Shown here: piece after piece, positions 9,722 through 18,165 of the stretch
How positions within the stretch are numbered: position 1 is the stretch's first letter
How the letters are laid out: each line of letters starts with the position of its first letter
Assembly: GCA_040377305.1 (NCBI GenBank)
Contig: JBEIPA010000005.1
Coordinates: 96,001-160,000, forward strand
DNA length: 64,000 nt
From: Flavobacteriales bacterium
GTDB taxonomy: Bacteria; Bacteroidota; Bacteroidia; Palsa-965
Direction: 5' to 3'
The notes under the pieces: model-generated
The model's database searches: none
The model's input: only the letters and a program-made list of their open reading frames with translations
Told to the model about the DNA's origin: nothing
Program-made: the position numbers and the translations under genes

Positions 9722-11128
9722 TTAAAAATCCAGAGAGATTCCCGCTGTGAACGGATACAATCTTGGTCCTTTGTCTGCTTCGAAAAGCGGAGTTAATGAA
9801 TATGATGCGAAGAGGCAGAAATCGCCGTACCCGATTCGTCCGATGAGATCCACTTTGAACGGATTCACATTGTAATCGTCTTTGATTTTACGTTTGTAAG
9901 TGCGGCCGTCCAACTCATATTTCTGCTTCACTTTGTTTTTGAAAATGTTGTAGCCTGCTTGCGCACCCACTGCGATGTGAAATGAACGGCTTGCGTCTTC
10001 TGTGTTCGTGTTGAACTCGAGGAAGAGCGGAATGTTTGCATAGGCAACGTTTAAACGGTTCTTCGTGTATGCGAGTGAATCAGCAACCGGAAATGTATAA
10101 TCAACATTTGCAGGTAGAGAATACGACCCACGCAGGTTATAATGGTACCATGTAATTCCGAGTCCTGTACCGAGATTTACATTGTTGCGGTAGATGTGAA
10201 TATTTTTCTGCCACATGTTCCATCCGAATACATACGACTTCGCATAGTTCAGATTCATTGGCTCCAATCCGGTTGGCATTGCAACCTGGTTGTCGTAAGT
10301 CATGAGACCATTTATGCCCAAGTCCATTCCGTCCCAGAATTCAAAATCGCTGTCCTCTTTTTTCTGCTCGCGCTCTGAACGCTCATCGGGATCATGTGAA
10401 ATATCAATGTGACGACCACCGATGCTCAGTCTTGTTGTATCTCCGATTCCAGAACCAGATTTCGTTTCAATCGAAGACGAACCCGATGCATCAACAGTAC
10501 GTTGTGTTGCATCTCCATAGATAAGAATATCGGAAGCGCCGGAAGCTTGTGCTTTTACAGATTGTGATGCCATTACGCTTGCGCTCGCTGCACCACTCGT
10601 GCGTACATCTACATTCTGCGCATCCATGCAACCTGAACGAAGATCCGATGCACCTGAAAGATCAACTTTCAGACGTGTTGAATTTCCACACAAGTGAAGT
10701 GAACTTGCTCCGGAAAGATCAACGTCGATTGATGTCGCCGTAATATTCAATTCCATTTGCGATCCACCCGAACCGTCAATGCTCACAGAATCTGAAGTGA
10801 ATGTTCCAACGCCCGTTAGTTCTGTCGGGCCACCAACATCAACGAGTTTAAGATCGCTGATTGTAACCGTCACTTTCACAGGACCACCTTTTGCGTGTCC
10901 GTCTTGTCCGATCTCAAGCGTACCGTTCTCCACTTTTGTAGTGATTGTTTTGATCGCATCAGATTCTCCTTCAAGAACAACAGCGCATGGCGATCCCGAT
11001 TTCAATTCAATCGTCACGAGTGCCGTTGAACGGATGCCGGTAAATGCATCTACTGTGCGTGTTTCTGTTGTTTGCGCGAACACCATCATTGGTGCCAGAG
11101 CGAGGAGGATAAAAATGTACTTCTTCAT
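9722..11128 (-). CDS. DUF2807 (GIN beta-helix) domain plus C-terminal outer-membrane barrel
   Basis: Signal peptide; ETRTVDAFTGI then repeated SGAS/SGGS motifs; C-terminal strands ending GISLDF. Confidence 0.75.
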   Translation of the reverse strand: MKKYIFILLALAPMMVFAQTTETRTVDAFTGIRSTALVTIELKSGSPCAVVLEGESDAIKTITTKVENGTLEIGQDGHAKGGPVKVTVTISDLKLVDVGGPTELTGVGTFTSDSVSIDGSGGSQMELNITATSIDVDLSGASSLHLCGNSTRLKVDLSGASDLRSGCMDAQNVDVRTSGAASASVMASQSVKAQASGASDILIYGDATQRTVDASGSSSIETKSGSGIGDTTRLSIGGRHIDISHDPDERSEREQKKEDSDFEFWDGMDLGINGLMTYDNQVAMPTGLEPMNLNYAKSYVFGWNMWQKNIHIYRNNVNLGTGLGITWYHYNLRGSYSLPANVDYTFPVADSLAYTKNRLNVAYANIPLFLEFNTNTEDASRSFHIAVGAQAGYNIFKNKVKQKYELDGRTYKRKIKDDYNVNPFKVDLIGRIGYGDFCLFASYSLTPLFEADKGPRLYPFTAGISLDF

Positions 11129-11153
11129 AACAATTCTATTGGCTTGCAGGAAT

Positions 11154-11181
11154 AAGACGGCCTGCGGTTACCGTATGTTAC
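11154..11181 (-). promoter_or_regulatory. ECF sigma-type promoter
   Basis: GTAAC-N17-CGTCTT; the same motif and spacing occur at 11562-11589. Confidence 0.65.
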
Positions 11182-11199
11182 TGACTCAATGGCAATAAA

Positions 11200-11529
11200 T
11201 TACAAACTCTTGAAATTCAACCAAATAGAGTATGTTCCGTCGTAGCTGCTGTTTGCGTTATCGAAGCTCATTGCCTGAAATTGTTCAGTAATGGAAGCCT
11301 TTACAGTCGCGTCTAAAGTAGCAACATTCAGTACAGAAACAGACCCGTTTTCAGCGATCGAAAATACTACGAATACGCGTGAGTTTTCATCGGTGTTTTC
11401 AAGTCGAACAGTGTTCTGAATTTTTTCCTGAATCACCGTAGTTGATGAATCGGAAATTTCGCGTGCAGATGAAACCACAGGGGCTACTGTGAGTGCAAAT
11501 GCTAAAGTGAGGATGTGAAGCGTCTTCAT
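11200..11529 (-). CDS. Small exported hypothetical protein (TonB C-terminal-like fold possible)
   Basis: Signal peptide; VFVVFSIAENGSVSV resembles TonB_C strands. Confidence 0.65.
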   Translation of the reverse strand: MKTLHILTLAFALTVAPVVSSAREISDSSTTVIQEKIQNTVRLENTDENSRVFVVFSIAENGSVSVLNVATLDATVKASITEQFQAMSFDNANSSYDGTYSIWLNFKSL

Positions 11530-11561
11530 TGTAAGTATGAGTTAAGGTTAAATTCAAGCAC

Positions 11562-11589
11562 AAGACGCACACCGCTTTGTGTTTGTTAC
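11562..11589 (-). promoter_or_regulatory. ECF sigma-type promoter
   Basis: GTAAC-N17-CGTCTT upstream of 11529. Confidence 0.65.
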
Positions 11590-11618
11590 AACGCACCTTA
11601 AAATATTTTGCGAAACAA

Positions 11619-11781
11619 TGGAATGCGGACTTAAAGCGCGTTTTCTGAATAGATTTTATGAGATACGACTATATCCATCTCATAAGATCCAATACAGATT
11701 ATTGTAACTAAGGAGAGACGTCCGCATGAGGAATTTGAAAGCAACGGACATAAAAATCCGCGTTTCAAAATACGCGTTTCA
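11619..11781. repeat. Nested-palindrome element, family A (copy 2)
   Basis: GATTTTATGAGATACG identical to copy 1; ATCTCATAAGATCCAAT; outer AAAATCCGCGTTTC-like pair. Confidence 0.8.
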
Positions 11782-11783
11782 TG

Positions 11784-12803
11784 TTACGCGTGATTCGAAG
11801 TAGAAAATTGCGCCATAAACTCACCCGCAGTTTCAACCATTGCGGCAGATCCTGCATAGAACGGTGTACGCTGGTGCAATTTCTTCGGCTCGATTTCCAG
11901 AATGCGGCAATAGCCATCGGTTGCTTTTCCTCCAGCTTGTTCAATAAGGAATGCCATTGGATTGCATTCGTAAACCAGACGCAGCTTTCCGTTTGGAGAA
12001 GACGCGGTTGTAGGATAAATATAGATTCCGCCTGTGATAAGATTGCGATGAACATCAGCCACAGCAGATCCGATATAACGCGAGGAATATGGACGCTTCG
12101 TTGCTTTGTCTTCTTCCTGGCAATACTTGAGGTACTTCTTCACACCATCCGGAAAGTGAACATAGTTTCCTTCGTTTATAGAATATGTTTTTCCGGTAGT
12201 TGGTGTCGACATCAACGGGTGCGACAAACAGAACTCACCGATTGAAGGATCGAGTGTGAATCCATTTACACCTTTTCCTGTTGTGTACACCATCATGGTT
12301 GAAGAACCGTAGATCACGTAACCGGCTGCAACCTGTTCGGTTCCACGTTGCATGAAATCTTCATTGGTAGCCGGTCCCTGTAAAGAAACACGGCGGTAAA
12401 TTGAGAAGATTGTTCCAACTGAAACGTTCACATCAATATTTGAAGAGCCATCGAGCGGATCAATTGCCACAACATATTTTGCATTGCGCGATTGCGGTGT
12501 ATCAATCGGAATAATTTCTTCGTTTTCTTCAGATGCAATTCCGCAACACTCCCCGCCAACACTCAACGCAGCGATGAACTGTTCGTTTGCGAAAACGTCA
12601 AGCTTCTTTACACTTTCACCTTGTATGTTGGTCTCACCTGCTTCGCCAAGAATATCAGCTAGTCCGGCTTTGTTCACTTCACGGTTAACGATTTTCGCCG
12701 CAATACCGATATCACGCAGCAAACGCGACAGTTCTCCTTTAGCAAATGGGAAATCGGTTTGTTTTTCGATAATGAACTGACCAAGCGTTTGTACTTTGCT
12801 CAT
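11784..12803 (-). CDS. fbp: Fructose-1,6-bisphosphatase class 1
   Basis: [46 protein letters not shown]; start ATG 12803. Confidence 0.96.
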   Translation of the reverse strand: MSKVQTLGQFIIEKQTDFPFAKGELSRLLRDIGIAAKIVNREVNKAGLADILGEAGETNIQGESVKKLDVFANEQFIAALSVGGECCGIASEENEEIIPIDTPQSRNAKYVVAIDPLDGSSNIDVNVSVGTIFSIYRRVSLQGPATNEDFMQRGTEQVAAGYVIYGSSTMMVYTTGKGVNGFTLDPSIGEFCLSHPLMSTPTTGKTYSINEGNYVHFPDGVKKYLKYCQEEDKATKRPYSSRYIGSAVADVHRNLITGGIYIYPTTASSPNGKLRLVYECNPMAFLIEQAGGKATDGYCRILEIEPKKLHQRTPFYAGSAAMVETAGEFMAQFSTSNHA

Positions 12804-12936
12804 AAAATTGTGCGTTGAAAAGAGTGCGTGCAAATATAACAGAGTTGGGAGTAATGCGGGAGGAAGAAGGAGTTGTCAGAGGCTAATTCTGTCTAATTTT
12901 ACTAGCAATTGGTCTAATTCAACATTAATCCTCAAT

Positions 12937-13410
12937 ATGAAGGCTGTTACAATTCGCAAAGCGACTCCAAACGATGTAAAACACATACTAGGACTAATCA
13001 AAGAACTCGCGATTTATGAGCGGGAACCTGAGGCCGTTGTGACCACAGAGGAGATTCTATTGCGTGATGGATTCGGAGAACATCCTCTCTTTTATTGCTA
13101 CGTAGCTGAAAAAGCTGATGGAACGATTCCCGGGATGGCCTTATATTACATCAAGTACTCTACGTGGAAAGGTCCATGCATTTTTCTCGAGGACATTATC
13201 GTTTCACAAAGCGAACGCAGGAGCGGAATCGGAAAACTCTTGTTTGAAAAAGTGATAGAGGAAACCCGTAACCGCGGAGCTTTGAGAATGGAATGGCAGG
13301 TGTTGGATTGGAACACGCCAGCGATTAAGTTTTATGAGAAGTATCAGCCGGAGGTATTGCGGGAGTGGTTGAATTATAGACTCAGTGGATCACAGCTCAG
13401 TGCGCAGTAG
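12937..13410 (+). CDS. GNAT acetyltransferase (diamine/SSAT-like)
   Basis: LIKELAIYERE, YSTWKG, FLEDIIV, RRSGIGK, WQVLDWNTPAIKFY. Confidence 0.9.
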   Translation: MKAVTIRKATPNDVKHILGLIKELAIYEREPEAVVTTEEILLRDGFGEHPLFYCYVAEKADGTIPGMALYYIKYSTWKGPCIFLEDIIVSQSERRSGIGKLLFEKVIEETRNRGALRMEWQVLDWNTPAIKFYEKYQPEVLREWLNYRLSGSQLSAQ

Positions 13411-13490
13411 ACAGTTCGCAGTGTGCAGTATTTCACGCGAAACTGCTAACTGCGCACTGCTAACTGCGCACTGATCATTATCTTCGCGCC

Positions 13491-14756
13491 ATGAAAGTCT
13501 TCAAGTTCGGTGGCGCTTCTGTGAAAGACGAAGCCGCTGTTCGTAACCTCGCTGAAATTGTAAAGTCGTACTCTTCCGACAAGCTGATCATTGTGATTTC
13601 AGCAATGGGAAAAATGACGAATTCATTGGAGCGACTGACTGAAGCCTTCTTCCACAGGACTGGAAATGCTGAAGCTGTGTTGAAGGAAATTCGTGAGTAC
13701 CATTTCGGGATTATTGAGAAATTGTTTCCGGAGAAGTCGCATCCGGTGTACGATGAAATTCACAACACACTTGTTGAGCTCGAATGGGCGATTGAAGACG
13801 AGCCTACACATTCCTACGATTGCGAGTACGACCAGATCGTTTCCATCGGAGAAATTCTTTCCACGAAAATTGTTGCTGCATTTTTAAAAGAGCAGAAAAT
13901 AAATTGCGTGTGGAAAGATGTTCGTGATTATGTCAAAACAGACAACACCTACCGCGAAGGAAAAGTAGATTGGGAGCTCACGCAACAAATGGTTCAGGAA
14001 GAATTGCTGCCGGTGTTTGACAAAACGAACATTGTGATCACGCAAGGTTTTCTTGGTGTGACCTCAGAGAATTTCACTACTACACTTGGTCGTGAAGGAT
14101 CTGATTACACCGCGGCAATTATGGCGTATTGCACCGATTCTGAAAGCCTGACTATCTGGAAAGATGTTCCCGGAGTACTCAATGCCGATCCGAAATGGTT
14201 TGATGATACACGGCTTATTCCGCAGATGACTTATCAGGATGCGATTGAGTTGACGTACTATGGTGCAACTGTCATTCACGCGAAGACGATCAAGCCACTG
14301 CAGAATAAAAACATTCCCTTGTATGTGCGTTCATTTTTGGATCCATCGAAAGAAGGAACAAAAATTCACAACGTTCAAACACCGCTTCCCATTCCTTGCT
14401 TCATTTTCAAAGTGAATCAGGTATTGATTTCAATTTCTCCGCGCGATTTCTCTTTCATCGTGGAAGAAAATATGAGCAGCATTTTCTCCGTGTTGTCGAA
14501 ACATCGTGTGAAGATTAACACCATGCAGAATTCGGCAATCAACCTTTCACTGTGCGTGGATGAAGATGCGCAACGTTTACCGGGACTGATTGAAGAACTC
14601 GGAAAGCAGTATCGTGTCCTCTATAACGACAAGCTGGAACTCGTTACGATTCGCTATTACGATCAGGCAACGTTGGACCGCGTGACAGTCGGTAAAAGCA
14701 TTTTGCTGGAGGTGAAGAGTCGGTATACGGCGCAGTTGGTGATGAAAGACGCTTAA
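13491..14756 (+). CDS. lysC: Aspartate kinase
   Basis: KFGGASV, VISAMGK, TTLGREGSDYTA, WKDVPGV; C-terminal ACT-like region. Confidence 0.93.
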   Translation: MKVFKFGGASVKDEAAVRNLAEIVKSYSSDKLIIVISAMGKMTNSLERLTEAFFHRTGNAEAVLKEIREYHFGIIEKLFPEKSHPVYDEIHNTLVELEWAIEDEPTHSYDCEYDQIVSIGEILSTKIVAAFLKEQKINCVWKDVRDYVKTDNTYREGKVDWELTQQMVQEELLPVFDKTNIVITQGFLGVTSENFTTTLGREGSDYTAAIMAYCTDSESLTIWKDVPGVLNADPKWFDDTRLIPQMTYQDAIELTYYGATVIHAKTIKPLQNKNIPLYVRSFLDPSKEGTKIHNVQTPLPIPCFIFKVNQVLISISPRDFSFIVEENMSSIFSVLSKHRVKINTMQNSAINLSLCVDEDAQRLPGLIEELGKQYRVLYNDKLELVTIRYYDQATLDRVTVGKSILLEVKSRYTAQLVMKDA

Positions 14757-14764
14757 CGTCGTCG

Positions 14765-14894
14765 CCCTCGGTACAGCCAGGATTTTCACGCAAGAATATT
14801 ATTCCGCTTACTCGGTCTGACAACGTTATCCTTGTCAGACCGAGTAGCCGCCCTAATCTGTAAAGCTTGATTCAAGATTTCGGGCGTACCGAGG
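14765..14894. repeat. Nested-palindrome (REP doublet) element, family B (copy 1)
   Basis: Outer CCTCGGTAC/GTACCGAGG; inner perfect 15-bp stem TACTCGGTCTGACAA/TTGTCAGACCGAGTA at 14809-14846. Confidence 0.85.
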
Positions 14895-14931
14895 ATTGAC
14901 AAGTGAGGAGGAAACTGTATCTTGGTAAAAC

Positions 14932-15591
14932 ATGCCAACCCCAATCCGCATCGCTTTAGCCGACGACCATCCATTATATCTCGAAGGACTGGAAATGCTT
15001 TTGAATTCTTCAGGCACTGCGAAAGTTGTGGCGACGGCTGCAGACGGATTGGAAGCGATGAAGATGATTGAACAGAATCAGTTTGATGTACTCCTACTCG
15101 ACTTGCATATTCCCAGTAAAGACGGGATGCAGATTGCGGAAGAGCTATCGAAGAAAGAGCAATCCTTCAAAATCATTATGCTTACGATGCAGCGCGGCGG
15201 CAGATACATTGATCGTTTGAAGAAATGGGGCGTGAAAGGCTATGTGCTCAAGAGTGTTTCCCTGGAAGTTCTTTCGGATGTTATTCAGCGCGTACACATG
15301 GGTGAAGAGTATTTCCCCGAAGAAGCAATGGCGTATGATCACGAAGAAGATGTGCGCTTGAAATCTTCTGTCATTACTTCAGGCACACCCGAGAAGCAAC
15401 TTACTGCTCGCGAACAGGAAATTCTCATTCTTGTTTGCAAGGAATTTTCGAGTAAGGAAATCGGAGAGAAACTTTTTATCAGCACGGGGACCGTTGATAC
15501 GCACCGCAAGAATCTATTGTTGAAGCTGGGTGTGTCGAATACGGTTGGGTTGGTGAAGTATGCGTTGAAGCATAATCTGCTCGACGACTAG
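14932..15591 (+). CDS. NarL/FixJ-family response regulator (receiver plus LuxR HTH)
   Basis: LADDH, LLDLHIP, MLTM, GYVLK; LTAREQEIL...IGEKLFISTGTVDTHRKNLLLKLG. Confidence 0.95.
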   Translation: MPTPIRIALADDHPLYLEGLEMLLNSSGTAKVVATAADGLEAMKMIEQNQFDVLLLDLHIPSKDGMQIAEELSKKEQSFKIIMLTMQRGGRYIDRLKKWGVKGYVLKSVSLEVLSDVIQRVHMGEEYFPEEAMAYDHEEDVRLKSSVITSGTPEKQLTAREQEILILVCKEFSSKEIGEKLFISTGTVDTHRKNLLLKLGVSNTVGLVKYALKHNLLDD

Positions 15592-15731
15592 CTTGTGAGA
15601 ACCGGGATTACGCCTTTGTTATGAGGACCGAGACTTTCAGGGTCAATAAACTACAAAGACGCCCTTCGACGAAAGCTCAGGACAGGCTCCGCCGCAAAGG
15701 ACCGCAAAGTTCTGAGGACGTTGAAGGCAGA

Positions 15732-15863
15732 TTATTTTGCCAAATAGCCCACCACTAATTTCCCCACCACCATCAGTACCACCAAAACGATCACCCAAAT
15801 AATAATCGTCGACTTCTTGTAAGTCTTGTGTGGTTCGTGATTATTGGTTTCGCGTTCGAACAT
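15732..15863 (-). CDS. Putative 43-aa single-pass membrane peptide (absent from the ORF track)
   Basis: MFERETNNHEPHKTYKKSTIIIWVIVLVVLMVVGKLVVGYLAK; ATG lies 5 nt after the kinase stop codon. Confidence 0.6.
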   Translation of the reverse strand: MFERETNNHEPHKTYKKSTIIIWVIVLVVLMVVGKLVVGYLAK

Positions 15864-15868
15864 CGTCG

Positions 15869-17929
15869 TTAAGCCATCGTTGCGGTAACAACAGTTTTCC
15901 CGTTCTCACTTTGAATTTCCAAATTCCCACCCAACGCATTCAAAAACTCTCTCACCAGGTTCAATCCAAGTCCAGTTCCCGTCTCCATTGCAGTTCCGCG
16001 TTCAGAAGTAATGATTCCACCCTGGTGAATTTTTTCCAGCTTCTCTTTTGAGATTCCTGCGCCGGTATCTGCAACCGAAATCACGAGCTTTCCGCCTTGT
16101 GTATCAATACCAACATCGATGCGTCCGCCAGCAGGTGAAAACTTAATCGCGTTGCCAACCAGATTCCGCAGCACCAAACGTGCAATGTTCTTGTCTGTGT
16201 TCACATTCACATCGCCAACCGCAGTCGTGTACAGTTGCAATTGTTTAGCACTCATGCTTCCATTGTAAAGTGAAGCAATTTCATCTGTTACTTCAGTAAT
16301 TGAGAATTTCTCTTTCCTGATCCGTATTCCATTCTTCTGCTGAATCGACCACTGCAAAAGATTCTCGAGAAATTCCTGAAGCGGGCGCAATGTGAGATTC
16401 ATCTTCTCCAGCGATTGCGCCATTTCCTCTTTCGACATCGACTCCTTCTTCGACTGCACAACGGCATTGTAGTTCACAATGGCATTCACCGGATTTCCTA
16501 AATCATGGGAGATGATGGAGAATAATTGGTCCTTTGTTGCGTTAAGCGCCGTAAGTTCTTCTTCCGATTCGATGAGTTTCTTGTTGAGCTCTTTCAGCGT
16601 AGAATTCTGCTTAGAGATTTGTGTGTTTGCTTTGATTTTCGTGCGGTATGCATACACCGAAAGTCCGAGTACAATCAATAAAGCCAAAACGCCACCTATC
16701 AGAATTTTTTGTTTGCGTGCATCTTCTGCATTCTTCGCTTCCAATACCAGTTGCTGTTCGCGGAGCTGAGCATTCTCACGTTCCTTTTTCACGGTACCGA
16801 AGCGTGTTCGCATTTCTTCCATCGCATTGATCTTCTCTTCGTCGAGAATTTCATTGTTCAGCTGATCAAATTTCTCTAAGTACTCCAGTGCTAGTGCCAA
16901 CTTCCCGGTTTCTTTATACACTTTGTAATAAGTCCGGTAAACCTCACGCTGCAGTTCTTTGTTTCGTAGTTTCTGAGCAAGCGTATCGGCCCGTAAAAGA
17001 TATTTTTCGCTCAGATCAAACTGTTTCTGTAAACGAAATGTTTCTCCGAGTTCATGGGAAGCATTGGCGATTCCGTTTATGTCGCCAATCGAATCTTTGA
17101 TTCTAAGTGCGTCGAGTAAATACCTCTGAGCGGTTTCAAATTCACCAATGTTTCTGAAAACCACTGCCAAATTAATCATAGCGCCAGCCATCGATTTTGC
17201 ATCTCCTAAACTGTCGCACAGATTCAGACTTAAGCGATAGTAATACATTGCACTGTCGTATTTGTGCATGTCGTCGTACACGGAAGCAAGGTTCGTCATC
17301 ACCACACTACGCACGCGGTAGTCCTGATATTTAGCCGAAATGAAATCTGACTTCCGGTAATAGAGCATCGCATTCGTCGTATCACCATTTGCCTGATAGA
17401 TTAACGCAAGGTTGTTGTAGGAAATGCCCAGCGGCTTTTCGATTTGATTGGCTTCGCGGATTTCTATACTCTGCAGAATGTAGTAGATCGCACTGTCGAG
17501 GTCACCGTACTCCTTCAAATAAAGTCCAATATCATTTGCTGCGTTCGCTTCGCCCTTCGGATAGTTTGCTTTTCGTCCGGCCACCAGTGCTTTTCGCTTA
17601 TAAAGCATAGCCGAATCTTCTTCATTCAGATGATTATAGCATGAGCCAAGAATTACATAAGCGTCACATATTCTGTTCAGACTATCCAAAGCTTCCGCTT
17701 CATTTTTGAGCAACAAGGCATACTTGAGCGCACTGTCCTTATTCACTCCCTGATAGCCTTGAGAAATCTTGATCAGTGAACGAACACGTGTTGTATCGTC
17801 CTGTGTGCTCATAGCCTGCTTCAGACTATCAAGCTTCTTTTCCTTGTCGCCAGCAAATGCTGAACTACACTGCAGAATGGCTGCTACTGTCAAGAATACC
17901 GAAATCCAGTATTGAATGCTGCGGGGCAT
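15869..17929 (-). CDS. TPR-sensor histidine kinase
   Basis: Signal peptide, multiple TPRs, one TM helix, H-box SHDLGNP, N-box NLVGNAIKF, G1 DTGAG, G2 GTGLGL. Confidence 0.93.
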   Translation of the reverse strand: MPRSIQYWISVFLTVAAILQCSSAFAGDKEKKLDSLKQAMSTQDDTTRVRSLIKISQGYQGVNKDSALKYALLLKNEAEALDSLNRICDAYVILGSCYNHLNEEDSAMLYKRKALVAGRKANYPKGEANAANDIGLYLKEYGDLDSAIYYILQSIEIREANQIEKPLGISYNNLALIYQANGDTTNAMLYYRKSDFISAKYQDYRVRSVVMTNLASVYDDMHKYDSAMYYYRLSLNLCDSLGDAKSMAGAMINLAVVFRNIGEFETAQRYLLDALRIKDSIGDINGIANASHELGETFRLQKQFDLSEKYLLRADTLAQKLRNKELQREVYRTYYKVYKETGKLALALEYLEKFDQLNNEILDEEKINAMEEMRTRFGTVKKERENAQLREQQLVLEAKNAEDARKQKILIGGVLALLIVLGLSVYAYRTKIKANTQISKQNSTLKELNKKLIESEEELTALNATKDQLFSIISHDLGNPVNAIVNYNAVVQSKKESMSKEEMAQSLEKMNLTLRPLQEFLENLLQWSIQQKNGIRIRKEKFSITEVTDEIASLYNGSMSAKQLQLYTTAVGDVNVNTDKNIARLVLRNLVGNAIKFSPAGGRIDVGIDTQGGKLVISVADTGAGISKEKLEKIHQGGIITSERGTAMETGTGLGLNLVREFLNALGGNLEIQSENGKTVVTATMA

Positions 17930-18165
17930 GGGTCGACCTTTGATAAGCAAGATAGTATTAAAACTATTGCCGTGAAAAACACCAGGAACATAAAAACAAT
18001 CGGCGGCGATGACTGCTCATTCTAACAATAAACCCCATACGATATGCTACTCTACCTCCTTCACAAACACAAATGCTATTCTAAAATTCACGCATTGTTA
18101 TTTTGGTTATGCTCATGCATTGCTGGTATCGTTGCAGTAACAATCTGGGTCTTACAGCCGGTAAA

